NCBI RefSeq assembly: GCF_030684315.1 | Contig: NC_081391.1 | Coordinates: 21,474,629 to 21,538,628 of the forward strand | Reading direction: 5' to 3' | DNA: 64,000 bases | Source of the DNA: Stegostoma tigrinum | Taxonomy: Eukaryota | Shown: piece by piece, positions 33,270 through 50,163 of the stretch | Numbering within the stretch: the stretch's first letter is position 1 | How the letters are laid out: the number at the start of each line of letters is the position of its first letter | Program-made: the position numbers and the translations under genes | Notes under the pieces: generated by a model | What the model saw: the letters and a program-made list of their open reading frames with translations, nothing else | The model's database searches: none | Told to the model about the DNA's origin: nothing

Positions 33270-35657
33270 ATGGTTTCCCAAGTGTGTCAGAACTACCACA
33301 AGGACTGTGAGGATGCTGTTAACAAGCAGATCAACCTGGAGCTCTATTCCTCCTATACTTACCACTCCATGGTGAGCTTTGTGGAATTGAAGCCTGTGCT
33401 ATGATAGTGTTGACCTGTTTGGTTTTTACGCTGGGTTAATGAATTAGCTGTAACATGTATTATTTTCTGTGGCCCTTCCCCTGTTGCAATCTAGTGCAGG
33501 TCTTAACACTGACTCTCTGTTCAAAACCTGACCATTGTCTTCATGTCCAACTGGCTCCTGGATGTGGACGCCCAGCTTGCTGTCTCTGGACAATGTAACC
33601 CTTGGTGATTTTTCATCTAACTCTGGAGGGATGATGTGGTCTTTGTCAATAACTAACTTTTAAAATTGGTTGCATTCCTTTTCTCAACAAAAGCCTTCCC
33701 TGGTGGAAACTTTTCCTGACACAAATATACTCCTTTTTGTTTAAAACCTTGCCCCATTCACCAGACTGTCTTGTGCTCAAGATGTAAAGTTCCCTGAACT
33801 AAAAGAACAGCAGCTGCTGGACACTAAACACCAACAGAAAAGCTCTAAACATCTGGTTGAAAACCAAGCTCTGGGTCCACTGACCCTTTCTCAAGTGGCT
33901 TTGAGCTGTGCAATGTGAGGAAAGAGGCACATTTTCACACTATGTAGGTGATCTTTTTTCTCTCTCTAACAAAGCAGTTAGAATTCTGTGGAGTGGATGG
34001 TAGGACACTGGGGTTATTCAGGTGGGTGATGGTGATAATGAGGCTGCTGACTGAGCTTTCTGGCTGTGTTCACGAACACATGTCCCTTCATTCAGTTGGA
34101 CAGGGGCCTAACTGGTCTCCACCTCCTGAACAATAGTGTTTCTAACCTGCAGAGCAGGGATGTCTAATGGCTATAGACAGCTCTCCCCTTCATCAGGCAC
34201 CATGCCACATGTACTGTCTCTCTTTCTCGCTCACACAGGCCAGGGATTGCATTTGCTTTTTGTCCTTGATTTCCAGAAAGCTGGTGAAATATCTGCACAA
34301 AGGCTGCTTCAGTATTTGTTGTTTGGGTTATAATCCATGGAAGGTGACTTCCTGCTTTGTCTGTTTTTTACCACTTAAATGTGGAATCAAGATGGTGCCC
34401 AGGTTATTTCCTGAGTGAGGAGTGTCATTCACGAATTTCAGACAGTTTCCTTTTAACCTCTCTCTCTCTCCCCCCACAGTTCTCTTACTTTGAACGGGAT
34501 GATGTTGCCCTGCATCACTTTGCTGAGTTCTTCAAGGAGCAGTCCCATGAGGAACGGGAACACGCTGAGAAACTGATGGCATTCCAGAATAAACGTGGAG
34601 GTCGAGTCCTCCTGCAGGACATGAAGGTTGGATTCTGAAGCCTTCTGTTTGTGTAGCTCTTTGTGAGCAGCTACAATCGACTGGTGTCTCCCTCTATTTA
34701 GCTTTAGCATTGAACAAATACTGTATGAAGGGGAGGTTGTTCTGCAAAATAGGCTTCCTTGAGGTGAAAGGAAATAATCATCAATTGAGACTCACCAGAA
34801 TAGTGAGTAGATATCAATGTGAATGACTCTCCTTTAGACAGAATAAGGGAACAAAAGCTAAGACAGGAAATTGTTGCAGTGTGGAAAGTAGCAGTGTCCA
34901 GCCTAACAGAATCTGGAAGATGTTTCTAACACCACAATCGTGAAGCCTATTCTCTGCATGTGAATTGAGAATCGACATGAACAGTAGAATGTGTTTAGAA
35001 AATTTCTTATTCCCTCAGTACAAAATCTAGTTGTCTTGATCAAATTGAAGTTTGTTTGTTGTACCTCCTACAATGATGAGGGATACTAACCGATGTAGAC
35101 TAATGATACAACTGCCTGCTGAACTCTGCTTTCTGTTCCCACTTCCCTCCCTCCAGAAGCCAGAGCAGGATGAGTGGGGCAATGGTCTGGAGGCAATGCA
35201 GAGAGCTCTGCAGATGGAGAAGGATGTGAACCAGAGTCTGCTGGATCTGCACAAACTGGCCTCTGGCCACACTGACCCTCATGTGAGTTTGTAAACTGTA
35301 TTCTCTCTCTTCCTTGGAAGAAAGTGATGTGTTTGTGCACTCTCTCTTGGTTTAAAAATCCAATTACCTTCTCCAAGCTTCCTACCGGCTGGTAGAACCT
35401 TTCAAAGGCATCACCTAAGTGGACCTCCACGTGGTGGTGATGGTCACATCTGTCATGGGAAGTCACTTTCAGACACCTTTTTGATCCTCTGGACTAATTT
35501 TGTCTTCCAGCTGTGTGACTTCCTGGAGAGGCACTACCTGGATGAGCAAGTGAAGATGATCAAGAAGCTGGGAGATCACATCACCAACCTGAAGAGACTG
35601 GGAGCCCCTGACAATGGCACGGGAGAGTACCTGTTTGATAGGCTCACACTCAGCTGA
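33270..35657 (+). CDS. Ferritin subunit, copy F; exons 33270-33371, 34480-34626, 35157-35282, 35511-35657
   Basis: Open 173-aa spliced frame, canonical splice sites, TATA at 33193, AATAAA about 70 nt after the stop. Confidence 0.95.
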
Positions 35658-38027
35658 GTGGGGTCAATAATATCTGTTGTACATGGTGACCTCATTCTCG
35701 TGAATGGCTTTGGTTGTGCTCTGAGCAAATAAAAGTAGTGTTCACCATGGAACTGAGTACTGTGTCACTTCATAGCTGCTTCTGGTTGCTGTTTTAACAA
35801 GTGATCACATAATGGATTTTGTTCTTTGGCAACCTTTTGATTCACTGCCTGCCCCAGTTATTGGCTCGGTGTTTGCTTCTGCTGAGCGTCTGTCTGTAGG
35901 GATTGAGTGGGCAATCTTGACCTTGGAAATGCCACAACTGGCAAACATCTGCATTGCAGACAATGCCACAACAAAATCTGTCCTCCGCTTCCCCAGGACA
36001 ATTTTTCAGGACCAGCTTCTGGTCAAAATCATGACTGAAATCTGTCCTGTGCCTAAACAATTGGCATTGCCAAGGCCTGTCCATTCACTCACTCTTCAGC
36101 ATTTTTGGAAAAACCAAGCTGACACTGGAAACCAGGAACAAAAGCTGCTGGGAAATCTCAGGTTTGGTAGTGAGAAGTGTTGAACAGAACCGGGACACGA
36201 GACACGTGTTTATCTCTTGACTGATTTTGTTGGCAGGCCCTGAGGTGTTTTGCACCTACTTGTTCTCTTGCTTCAATTCTACTGACTTTAATAGGTCACA
36301 AAATTCCTCATTAGAAGAATATAAAGTTGACCAATCGTGCAAGGTACACCTGCTTTTCTGCAACTGTTTACCATTTACATGTTTCCTGAGCTAGAGAATT
36401 GGTTTCTCTCGTATGTCCTTTCCATTCACTAGAATGAAAGCTCTGCTTTCTCCCTGACAATGCTAATGACTATGGCCTCTATTAGGCAATGAAGCAGTGC
36501 CCACCTTGTAAAGCATCTGCTGTAACTCCTGTCCTTGCTCTGCAATGCAAAGGTGACAAATGCTGAGGACACCTGGTGAAAATCAAGCTAAAAACAAAAT
36601 ACCACTTGCAGAAGTCAGTAGTTCCAATTTCCTTTACATTTAATTGTGAAGAAAATCAGCTTTCTGGTGTAATCTGTCCTCCATGTGGCTCCACACACGC
36701 TGCATTGGGTCTAGCTCATTGCTGTCAATCACAATCAGTCACTGGTTTCTAATGGGTGACCACTGACAATTCCTTGACAGGATAAGGATGTCACTGACCA
36801 GGCAGCATTTATCCTCTGTCTGAACTGCCCATGGGACAATTAGTCAACCACAGTGCTTTAGGCTTGGTGTCATATACTGGCCAGACCAGGTAAGGATGGC
36901 AGTTTGGCAGTTCCCTTCCCTGAATGACTTCAGTGAAAAGGATATTTTATTCAGACTAGGAATTGCATGCTCATTTTTAGGTTCTTAATGCCCGAAGAGA
37001 GTTGTTCAGACAGAATCAGGACAATGGGCATCAGTCCAACACTCCAGAAGCTTAACAGTTGCCAGCTCAGAGCAGCCACGAGATTCACTCCTTCCACACA
37101 GGGACTGCAATGTGTACTATCACCAAATGTTGTAGAAATCCACCAAAGCTCCTTAGACAACACCTTCCAAAGCCCCCATTACTTGCCATGGGACAAGGGC
37201 AGCAAATACATGGAACACAACCGCCTCTAAGTTCTACACCAAACCATTCACCATCCTGAGTTGGAAACATGGTCCCATTCCCCTAGGTTGCTGGATCAGA
37301 ATCCTGGAATTCCCTCCCTAACAGCATTGGGGATCTGCCTACACCAAATGGGCAACAGCAATTCAAGAACGTAAGCCACCACATTCTCTCATCTAATGTT
37401 AGGCCTGATCTCCGAGGGTTTCAACTACCTCTGGCTGATGGTTCTTTTGTGAAATTGTCAAGTTCTAGCTCAACCACAGCTGGAGTGCTCAGTTCTAGCA
37501 GCTTCGACCCAAAGATGGTTATGCACAGAATTTCTGCAATGAACTTGGACAGAGAGCTGGTTCATTGATGATAACGGTTTGTCCCAGTCCCTCTGTGTAG
37601 AAGGTTAAGGGATGGCCGTGTTTGAAATTTCAAAGAGGATTAATGGATTTGACAGAGTGAACAGACAGAATCTATTTCTTTTCTATGGTCATTGAGGACT
37701 GTGTGCAAAATAGGATTATAGTTTTCACATTTCAACAAAATCATCCAGGATAATGTCAAAAACAGCTTCTTTGTGGAGAAGATAATATGTGCACGTGCTG
37801 TTAGATATTTATTGGGTAAGGCTTGACTTTGACAATCACTTTCTAATTTCAACACTAAAAATATGTGAATAACACATTTTGTTTGAGAAACATAGAAAGA
37901 CAAAACAGGCTCAATGTTACAAATCTGATGTGAGTACAGGAGCAGAGAGACTTTGGGTTTCAAGTATGTGATTATCTGAAAGTGACCAGCCAAGATGATG
38001 CTGTTATTGAGAAGGCTGTGGTGAACC

Positions 38028-39218
38028 AAGCATGTGGATGAGGGAAGGGCAGTTGACATGGTGTACATGGACTTCAGTAAAGCCTTTGATAAGGCTCCAC
38101 ATGGTAGGCTATTGGAGAAAATACAGAGGCACAGGATTGAGGGAGATTTAGCAGTTTGGATTAGAAACTGGCTTTCTGTGAGAAGGCAACGAGTGGTGGT
38201 TGATGGAAAATATCCAGCCTGGAGTCAGGTCACTCGTGGTGTGCCTCAAGGATCTGCTTTAGGACCACTGCTGTTTGTCATTTTTATAAATGACTTGGAC
38301 GCAGGCATAGGTGGATGGGTTAGTAAGTTTGCAGATGACACTAAAGTCGGTGGAGTGGTGGACGGTGTGGAAGAATGTTGCACGTTGCAGGGAGACTTGG
38401 ATAAACTGCAGAATTGGGCTGAAAGGTGGCAAATGGAGTTCAATGCAGATAAATGTGAGTTGATTCACTTTTGGGGGAATAGCAGGAAGGCAGAATACCG
38501 GGTCAATGGAAAGATTCTTGGCAGTGTGGATGTGCAGATGGCTCTTGGTGTCCATGTACATAGATCCCTGAAAGTTGTCACCGAGGTTGATGATGCTGAT
38601 AAGAAGGCTTACCGTGTGTTAGGTTTTATTAGTAGAGGGATTGAGTTCCGGAGCCGTGATGTCATGCTGCAACTGTACAAAACGCTAGTGCGGCCTCATT
38701 TGGAATATTGCGTGCAGTTCTGGTCACCCCATTACAGGAAGGATGTGGAAGCATTGGGAAAGGTGCAGAGGAGATTTACCAGGATGTTGCCTGGTCTGGA
38801 GCGCAGGGCCTATGAAGAAACGCTGAGGGACTTGGATCTGTTCTCATTGGAGAGAAGTAGGCTAAGAGGGGATTTAATAGAGACATACAAGATGATCAGA
38901 GGATTAGATAGGGTGGACAGTGAGAGTCTTTTTCCGAGGATGATGACTTCAACTTGTACAAGGGGGCATAGCTACAAATTGCGGGGTGGTACATTTAAGA
39001 CATTTGTCAGAGGCAGGTTCTTTACTCAGAGAGTGGTAAGGGCGTGGAAAGCCCTGCCTGCCAATGTAGTTAACTCAGCCACGTTTGGGGCATTTAAACA
39101 GTCCTTGGATAAGCATATGGATGATGACGGGATGGTGTAGGAGGTGGGGCTTGGATTAGCTCACAGGTCGGCGCAACATCGAGGGCCGAAGGGCCCGTTC
39201 TGCGCTGTATTGTTCTAA
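38028..39218 (+). mobile_element. 5'-truncated CR1-clade LINE, young insertion nested in an older CR1 remnant
   Basis: Uninterrupted 368-aa RT ORF 38034-39140 (DFSKAFD, GVPQGS, KFADD); target-site duplication GAACC at 38023-38027 and 39219-39223. Confidence 0.93.
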
Positions 39219-41168
39219 GAACCTTGTGTTTTCAAATTGAGGCATCGAGTATAAAAGCAATGAATTGATGTTACACCTCTACAAATCATTGGTTAGACCA
39301 CATTTCCATTATGTACTCAGTTCTGGGCGTGGCATTCAAGGAAGGACAAGAAGAACCTCCAAAAGAGTTCAAAGGAGATTTATCAGAATGAGCCCAGGAA
39401 TGAGGAATTTTAGATACACGGAAAGATTAAGGAAAATGGGGTGAATTTCCTTGCAGGTGACCTTATTGAGAGGTGACCTTGTTGACGTGATCAAAACTAT
39501 GAACAATTTTGATAGAGTAAACAGGATATTCTGATTTCAGCAGTTAACTTGTCAGTGACGAGAGTTCACAGTTTGTCAGTAGGGGAGATCAGAGTGAAAT
39601 GGGAAGAAACCTCTTTGCTCAGAAAGTTGTTCGGATTTGGAATGCGCTGCCTGGGAGAGTGACAGAGATGGATTCCATGGGTGGTTTCAAAACAAGAGTT
39701 GGATATGTCGTTAGAAGTGACGAATTTAGAGAGTGACAGAGATTGGGCTGGAAAGTGGGACTAATCAGGTAGCTCTTTCAGAAGCTAATACAGGAACGGT
39801 GGGCTGAACTGCCTCCTGTTGTGAAGAACGCTCTGAATTTCCACCCAGGAAATTCTGAGAGTTTGGGGACAGGGTTTGAATTCCACCTGTAGAAGGCACC
39901 TTTAATGTGGGAAAGCTGTTACACATCAGCAGAGACATGGTCCTTTACACAAGGTAGACCCAGTTCCACTGGCAAAGAAATGTTGACTGGGGATCCCCCC
40001 ACTGCTGGCCAACACCCACTGTCACAGCCAATGATCGCACACACCTAATCTTCCACCTGGATGGCCGCTGGGGACTGGTTTTGCATTGCACCTTGTCAGG
40101 ACCCTCCCCTCGATCGTACCATCCTGGGTGGCCCTGCCAGGAGGTGAAATCCTCTTCAGGTATCACTCTGAGAACCAACAGAACACTCGAGGCTCTCCAT
40201 CACTGCGAGGTGACAATCCACAGGCAGGAGCTGGAGGCAGGGAGATTCTGCTCAGGTACAGACCCACCACAGAATCAGAGAATTGTTATGGCACAGCAGG
40301 AGGCCATTCGGTCCTTTGTGCCTGTACCTGTTCTGGTTGTTTTCTAAATCTGCCTGTAGAGATGATTTAAGATCTCTGGATCTGGTAGGAACTTGTACCA
40401 AGGCCTCCTGGTCCAAAGCTAGGGACATTACCCCTAAACCACAAGACCCTGGCTGCGCTGGTTGCACAAACATAGAATCATAGAAAATAAATGTTGAGTC
40501 GGCCATTCATCCCTTCCAGCCTGCTCTGCCATTCCATGTGATTGTGGCTGATTCCAGAACTCAGCACCATATTCTCACCCTCTCTGCATTCCCTTTTGAT
40601 CCAGCCCTCAAAGCTCTCCCCAATTCCTGTTTTGGCTGCAATCGTTTTCTGTGGTAGAGAATTCCACAGGTTCCACCACTTCGCCCCCCCGAGGTGAAGA
40701 GATTTCTCCTCACCTCAGTCCTAAATGTATCCTTAGACTGCAAACCCTGGTCCTGAACTCCCCCATAATCAGGAACATCCTTCCTGTCTTTTCCACAGCT
40801 GACACTGTTATAATTTTCTATGACCCAGAGACAATTTCCCACCCTTCTTTCCCAAATCCTAGCACAACAAGTTGAGAAACTGATGCCCCTCATCCTCATT
40901 GAATCCCTCATGCAGTTGCTCACAACCACCTTAATATAAAAAAATGTGAAAACTTTTCTCAAACCAAATCACCTTCTTTTAAAAAAGAACCAAATGACCT
41001 CTGACATGAGTGAGTGGTACAGAAGGTTTGAGATGCTGAATGGCCTCCTGCTGTTCCAATCACAGAATAACCATCCAGACCTGGCTCTCATCTCCACCTC
41101 TGATCAGCTCTGCTTAACACACCCTCCCCCTCTCTCTCATTGGTGCCTGTATGCATGGGTGGTTCCTG

Positions 41169-41246
41169 ATTGGCCACCAGCAACTGTCAGTCATCATCAG
41201 TTCTGCCTCTCTCTGTGTGACTGCAGGATGGTCCCAGGACTATAAA
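41169..41246 (+). promoter_or_regulatory. Core promoter of copy G
   Basis: ATTGG 41169, CTGTCAGTCA 41184-41193, TATAAA 41241. Confidence 0.7.
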
Positions 41247-41317
41247 TACAAGAGCCTGTGGGAGAGAGAGACTTAGTTCTAGAGTTTTCTTGGTGCTTGT
41301 GAGCAGGAATAGTGAAG

Positions 41318-43586
<2,269 letters not shown>

Positions 43587-46500
43587 GTGGGGTCAATAAT
43601 ATCTTTGTTTATGGTGACATAATCCAAATAATTTGGTTGTGCTCTGTGCAAATTAAAGTAGTGTTCACCATGGAACTGAGTACTTTGCATAATTTCACAG
43701 CTGCTTCTGGCTCTTGGTATTGCTGTTTGACACCTGATCATTAAATCCTCCTGTTATTTCTGATTAACCTTTGATTCAATGCCTGCCCCAATAGTTTGCT
43801 TTTTTTCTCTTGTCTATAGGAATTAAGTGGGCAATCCTTGTAGTGGAAATTCAGTGAGCCTGTGGTGTTTTTGGGTTTGGCTAGTAAGCAGTGTTGTACT
43901 GAATCAATTTTTCAGGACCAGTTTCTAGTCAATACCCTGATTGAGCAGCCCCCTGTCTAAATGTTTGGCTCTGAGCTGCAGCCCTTCCCTGTGCAATGTT
44001 TAGGTCTTGTTGAGATAAGCAGCTACTGGAAATCTCCGGTTTGGCAGCTTTTGCACAGGGGAAACTGTTCTCGGTCCCAGGACCTGAGACACATCATCTT
44101 TTGACAAGTGTTGCTAGACCTGTGAGGTTTTTCCAGCAATTTGTTCTTTCACTTGGAATTTAATATTTGTGCGTACATTCACTCTTTCAAACAGGAATAC
44201 CAAGTAAAACATTTAGCATCTAAGATGCACTGCTTTTTTCAGTTTTTTTTGATAAGCAATTGCTTCCACAGGTAGGGAATCGGTTTCTCTCTCCTTTTCC
44301 CCTTTCTGCCTTATCAGTGGTGGAAGGACTTTGTCCAGTGGCTGCATCTTGGAGAATGGCAAAATCAGCTTTCCCTTGTATCAGTCTCTCTCGTCATTTA
44401 GAATGACCTGTATTTGGAAATGCAGCAGTGCGCACCTTGGAGCCCATGTGGTAGAACTTCTAGCATTGCTCTGCAATGCAGAGATAACAAATGCCAAGGG
44501 CACATGGTGAAAATAAAGCTGGAACCAAACTACCACTGGCAGAAAACAGCAGTTCAGATTTTTACTTTATTTACTTACAATGAAATCAGTGCTCCTGCTC
44601 CTGAGTGACCTGCACATGTGCTGCACTATGGCTGCCTAATTTGTGATGGTCTCCTTTTAATAAAAGGATAGTGTTTATTATCCATGTCTGATTGTCCCAA
44701 GGCCAGGCCAGAGTCAAACAATTACTGTAGTTGTAGGGTCATACGCAGGCCAGACTGGTTAAGGATGGGTTTTTGACACTTAAGCTAATGATTAGCATTA
44801 AGTTAATTCCAGAGTGTTGGTAGACAGAATCAGGAGAACAGTCCAACACTCCAGAAACTTGATTGGCTTCCATCTCCAAGCAGCCACTGGATTGCCTCTT
44901 TCCAACACTGATGTGTGGGGACTGCAATGGGTATCACCTCCCAATTCCTATACAAATCCAAAGCATTCTGAAGCCCCTATTACTTGCCATGGGAGAAGGA
45001 TATCTGATACATGGGAACATCACGCTCTGTAATTTCTACACCAAGCTACTTGCTGTGCTGAGTTGGAAACATAAACCCATTCCTCCAGCATTGGTAGATC
45101 AGAATCCTGGAATTCCCTCAAAGGCAACATTGTGGATCTGCCTGCGCCCCATGGGCAACAGCAATTCAAGAAGGCAAGCCACCATGTTCTCTAATCTAAT
45201 GTTAAGCCTGACCTCAGAGTGGTTCACATACCTCTGGACAGAAGTTCTTTGGTGAAATTGTCAAGTTCAATTACATGGGGACTCCACAGGTCTAGTAGTT
45301 TTGACCCAAAGCTGGTTATGCACAAAACTTCGAGAATGAACCTGGGCAGAGAGCTGCTTAATTGATTACAATGATAATGTTTGCCCAAGCGCCCCCCCCG
45401 ACCCTGTGTAGAAGTGTGAAGGATGCCTGTGCTTGAAGTTTCCAAGTGAATTTGAGAGGATAGATAGAGAGATCCTGCTTCTTTTCAATCCTCATCTAGG
45501 ATTGCGAGTGGGGAATATGATTACATTCCGAGCATTAGCTGTAAATCATCCATGATGAAGCCAAAAACAGCTTTGCTTTGGAAAGGATAATATGTGAATG
45601 AGCAGTTAGATTTTTTTTTTATTCAGTAAGATTTGATGTTGCCAATCGCTTTCAAATTTCAACATAAAAGATGAATGCATTTTGGTTGAAGAAACAGGGG
45701 AAAGACATAACAGGCTTGAGGTTACAAATGTGAGGTGAGTACAGGAGCAGAGGGACTTTGGGTTCAAGTGTATGATTATTGGAAAGTGACCGAGCGGGAC
45801 TAAGCTGCTGTGAAGAAGGCTTTTGTGAAATGTGTGTTTTTAAATAGACGCAGACAGAATAAAAGTGAGGAATAGATGTTACACCTCTACAAATCATTGG
45901 TTCGACCACATTTGCAGTGGTGTGTTCAGTTCTGGGCGTGGTATTTAAGGAAGGACATTAAAGCCCTGGACAGAGTTCAAAGCCCACTTACAAGAATGAC
46001 ACCAGGAATGAGGGATTTTAGATACAAGGAAAGATGAAACAAATTGGGGTAAATCTCCTTGGAGCATAAATGTTTAAGAGGTGACTCTGTTGAAGTGATC
46101 AAAATAATGAACAATTCTGTCAGGGTAAAGGAGAACATTCTGTTTTCACCAGTTGATTATGGCAGTAATGAGGGGTCATAATTTGTCAGTAATGGAGCTC
46201 CGAGATGAGGACAAACCTCTCTATTCAGAAGGTTGTTAGGATTTGGAATGTGATGCCTGGGAGAGTGGCGGAGGTAGATCCCATAGGTGGCTTCAAAACA
46301 AGAGCTGGATATATACTTGGATGTGATGAATAAAGAGGGTATAGGGCTGGAGATGGGGACTAGGTGGGTAGCTCTTTCGGAAGCCGATACGGACATGATG
46401 GGCTCAATGGTCTCTGTCATTAAAAATCCTCTGAATGTCCACCCATGAACTTTTGTAAATTTTGGGTTTGTATTCCTCTCTGTCTTAAATGTCCAACCCA

Positions 46501-46779
46501 GTCCTCTTACATCAGGATACCCTGATCCTGGACTCCCCCCATCATTGGGAACATCCTTCCTGTCCTTGCCCCGTCTGATCCTGTCACAGTTTGCTACGAC
46601 CCAGAGCCAATTTCCCACCTTTCTGTCTCATATCCCAGCACAACAGGCTGAGAAACTGACACCTCTTCTTCATTGACTTCCTCGTGCAGTTTGTCACAAC
46701 CACCTTAATTCAGAAACAAAATGTTAAAGCTTTTTTCAAACCAAATGCAGTTCTTTTTAAAAAAGAGCCAAATAATTTA

Positions 46780-46870
46780 TGAAGAAGTGTCCAGACCTGA
46801 AACGTCAGCTTTCCTGTTCCTCTGATGCTGCTTGATCTGCTGTGTTCATGCAGCTCAACACCTTGTTCTA
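46780..46870 (+). mobile_element. Paralogous Penelope-derived terminal fragment upstream of copy H
   Basis: Same insertion and site as 25475-25565; retains GAAACGTC. Confidence 0.65.
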
Positions 46871-47048
46871 CAAATGACCCATGACCTGATTGAGTGGAGC
46901 AACAGGTTTGAGATGCTGAATGGCCTCCTGCTGTTCCAATCACAGAATAACCATCCAGACCTGACTATCATCTCCACCTGTGATCAGCTCTGCTTAACAC
47001 ACCCTCCCCCTCTCTCTAATTGGTGCCTGTATGCATGGGTGGTTCCTG

Positions 47049-47127
47049 ATTGGCTAGCAGCAACTGTCAGTCATCATCAGTTCTACCCCCTCCATGGGTG
47101 AGTGCAGGATGGCCCCAGGAGTATAAA
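47049..47127 (+). promoter_or_regulatory. Core promoter of copy H
   Basis: ATTGG 47049, CTGTCAGTCA 47064-47073, TATAAA 47122. Confidence 0.7.
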
Positions 47128-47195
47128 TACAGAGCTTGTGGAAGAGCAACTCACTTCTTGAGTGGTTTTGGTTTTAGTCAGTGGGGATAGTCAGG

Positions 47196-50163
47196 ATGGT
47201 TTCCCAAGTGTGTCAGAATTACCACAAGGACTGTGAGGATGCTGTTAACAAGCAGATCAACCTGGAGCTCTATTCCTCCTATGTTTACCTCTCCATGGTG
47301 AGCTTTGTCACATTGAGGACCTGACCTCAAATTGAAGCCTGTGATAGACTTGCATTGACTCTCTTAGGTTTATTTTCTTGCTTAGTTTAATGATTTAGTT
47401 GTAGCATGTGTTTTGGTCTGTGGCCCTTCCCTGACTGAATCCAGTGAAATGGTTCACACTGACTCTGTTGGAAACTTGATGTTTGTCTTGTATTGCAACT
47501 GACTCCTGGGTGACAATGGCCACTTTGTTATCTCTGGACAATGTACCCCTTTTGTGATTTTTCTCCTTGCTCTGAAGGGATGAGCTGGTGTTGCTGATAA
47601 ACCTATATTTTCCTTTAAATTTGGTTGCAATTTTTTAAAGAAACACTCTTTTCCCTAGTGTAAATGTTTCTGTGCAAAATGTACTTGCACTCTTAAAATG
47701 TTGCTCCATTTGCCAGGCTGTCCTCTGCTCTGGCCCTAAATGAGTTTTTCTGTTCTAAAAGAACAGCAACTCCTGGAAATTAGGAACAGCATAAAGAGCT
47801 GGAATAGCTTTAAAGATCTGGCAGGACTTATAGAGAAATCAGTTCATGTTTTGCGTCCAGTGACCCTTCCTCAGAAGTCATCCTCCTAGCTATTCAGTAG
47901 GAGGAAAGACAAGTGTGGTATGTTCTCACACTCCAAATGTGAAATACTGAAGAAACAAGTTAGAACTTAGTGCTGGGGAGAAGGTAGGACAGAGTGGGGT
48001 TATTCAGGTGGGTGATGTTGGTAATGCTGGAGCTCACTGCGATTCATGGTTCTGTTCATCCATGTGTCCCTTCATCCACTGCAGCGTTCCTGATTGGCTG
48101 GTTCTATGTCCTCTCTTTTGGCTATAATCCATGGGAGAAGACCTCTTGTTTCTGCCTGTCTATCATGTTCCAGTAATTAAATGTCCAGTTCTGGTTGCCA
48201 CACTAACAAAAGGATGTGAATGCTTTGGAAGGGGTACAGAGGAGGTTCACCAGGATGTTGTCTGGTATGGACGGTGTGAGCTAGAAAGCAAGGTTGAGTA
48301 GATGAGGCTTATTTTCACTAGAAGGTGGGAGATTTGGGGGTGTGGTCCTGATTGATCCCCTCAAATTCATGAGGGGTGTAGACAAGGTGGATAGCAAGAA
48401 GCTTTTTCCTAGAGTGGGGGACTCAATTACAGGGGTCATGAGCTCAAAGTAAGAGCAGTAATGTTTTTAGGGGAGATTGGGTTAGATTCCTTTCAGTACG
48501 GAAACAGGCCCGTTAGCTCAAAGTCCACACTGGCCCTTGAAGCATCCCACCCAGACACATTCCCCTATATCCCCCATACTTCTGAATGCTATGGGCAATT
48601 TATCATGTGGATATGCTTGGAAAGCTCATTACGCAGAGGTTGGAGGGAGCCTGGCACACACAACCTGTGGAGGTGGTAGACGAAGTCACGCTAGTGTGTT
48701 AAGATCCAGCTGGACAGGTACATGGATGGGCAGGGAGCAAAGGGATACTGACTGCAGAAAAGAGATGACAGACGTAAACAGGATCTCAATCGGTGCAGGC
48801 TTGGAGGGCCAAAGGGCCTGTTCCTGTGCTGTGATTTTCTTTGTTCTTAAATGTGGAATCAAGATGGTGACCAGGTTAGTTTCTGATTGAGGAGTGCCAC
48901 TGATTAACTTCAGATATGTTTCCCTTTCCTGCCTTTCTCTCTCCCTCCCCACAGTTCTCTTACTTTGACCAGGATGATGTTGCCCTGCGTCACTTTGCTG
49001 AGTTCTTCAAGGAGCAGTCCCATGAAGAGCGGGAACACGCTGAGAAACTGATGGCTTTGCAGAATAAACGTGGAGGCCGAATCCTCCTGCAGGACATCAA
49101 GGTTGGATTCCAAAGCTTTCTTTTGCCGCTTTTTGTGAAATACCACTCAATTGTGGCTAGCTCAATCAGTTTAGCTTCAGGACTGAACAAATGCTGTATG
49201 AATGGGGGGTTGCTCACACAATAAGATTCCCTTCACTAAAAGGAAACACTTTTGCACTTGTGATTGAACAACAGTTGACAATTGAGATCATCCAGTATTC
49301 TGGATGGTGAGCAAATATCAGTGTCCACCGTTGCTTTGGACAAGATGAGGTGTCAAAAGGGAAAACCGAAATCTTTCAGGTGTGGAAACCATCAGTATGA
49401 AGCCTTTATACATCTAAAGATGTTTCTGATGCCTTGTGATCATTCTGATCACAGCATAGCAGGATCTGTTTAGAAATGTCCCCTTCAAGAACAGTACCAA
49501 ATACAGCAGGTGTTTTGCCAAGGTCAAGTTGGCCTGTAGTACCTCCCCTACAATGATGAGGGGTAACTAACTGATCAGATGTAGACTAATGATACAACTG
49601 CCTGCTGAGCTGTGCTTTCTGTTCCTGCTTCCCTCCCTCCAGAAGCCAGAGCAGGATGAGTGGGGCAATGGTCTGGAGGCAATGCAGAGAGCTCTGCAGA
49701 TGGAAAAGGATGTGAACCAGAGTCTGCTGGATCTGCACAAACTGGCCTCTGGCCACACAGACCCTCATGTGAGTGTGGTGTATTTAAATCGGGGATTTTG
49801 TATAAAACCAGGAATCAGACACTTGGACCTTTTCGTTAGCCACAAGATCTCAGTTGACATTGTGGAGGGTTTTCTTGGGTTATACCAAGATCCTCCAGTT
49901 TCTAAAACTGAGCACTTGCTCACGTGTATTTGGCAATCTCCATGACATCACTTCACTGTTTGGTCTCCCAAGCTGTATTTGGTCAGATTTAACCAGTTCC
50001 CCTCTTTGCTTTCCAGCTGTGTGACTTCCTGGAGAGGCACTACTTGGATGAGCAAGTGAAGATGATCAAGAAGCTGGGAGATCACATCACCAACCTGAAG
50101 AGACTGGGAGCCCCTGACAATGGCATGGGAGAGTACCTGTTTGACGGGCTCTCACTCAGCTGA
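47196..50163 (+). CDS. Ferritin subunit, copy H; exons 47196-47297, 48955-49101, 49643-49768, 50017-50163
   Basis: Open 173-aa spliced frame, canonical splice sites, TATA at 47122. Confidence 0.93.

Noticed and set aside
35614-35622. N-G-T sequon in copies F, G and J suggesting secreted glyco-ferritin
   Set aside because: No signal peptide in exon 1, so glycosylation is unlikely.
47170-47195. CAGTGG in the copy H leader as a possible IRE loop
   Set aside because: Flanks TTAGT/GGATA cannot form the 5-bp upper stem and there is no bulged C.
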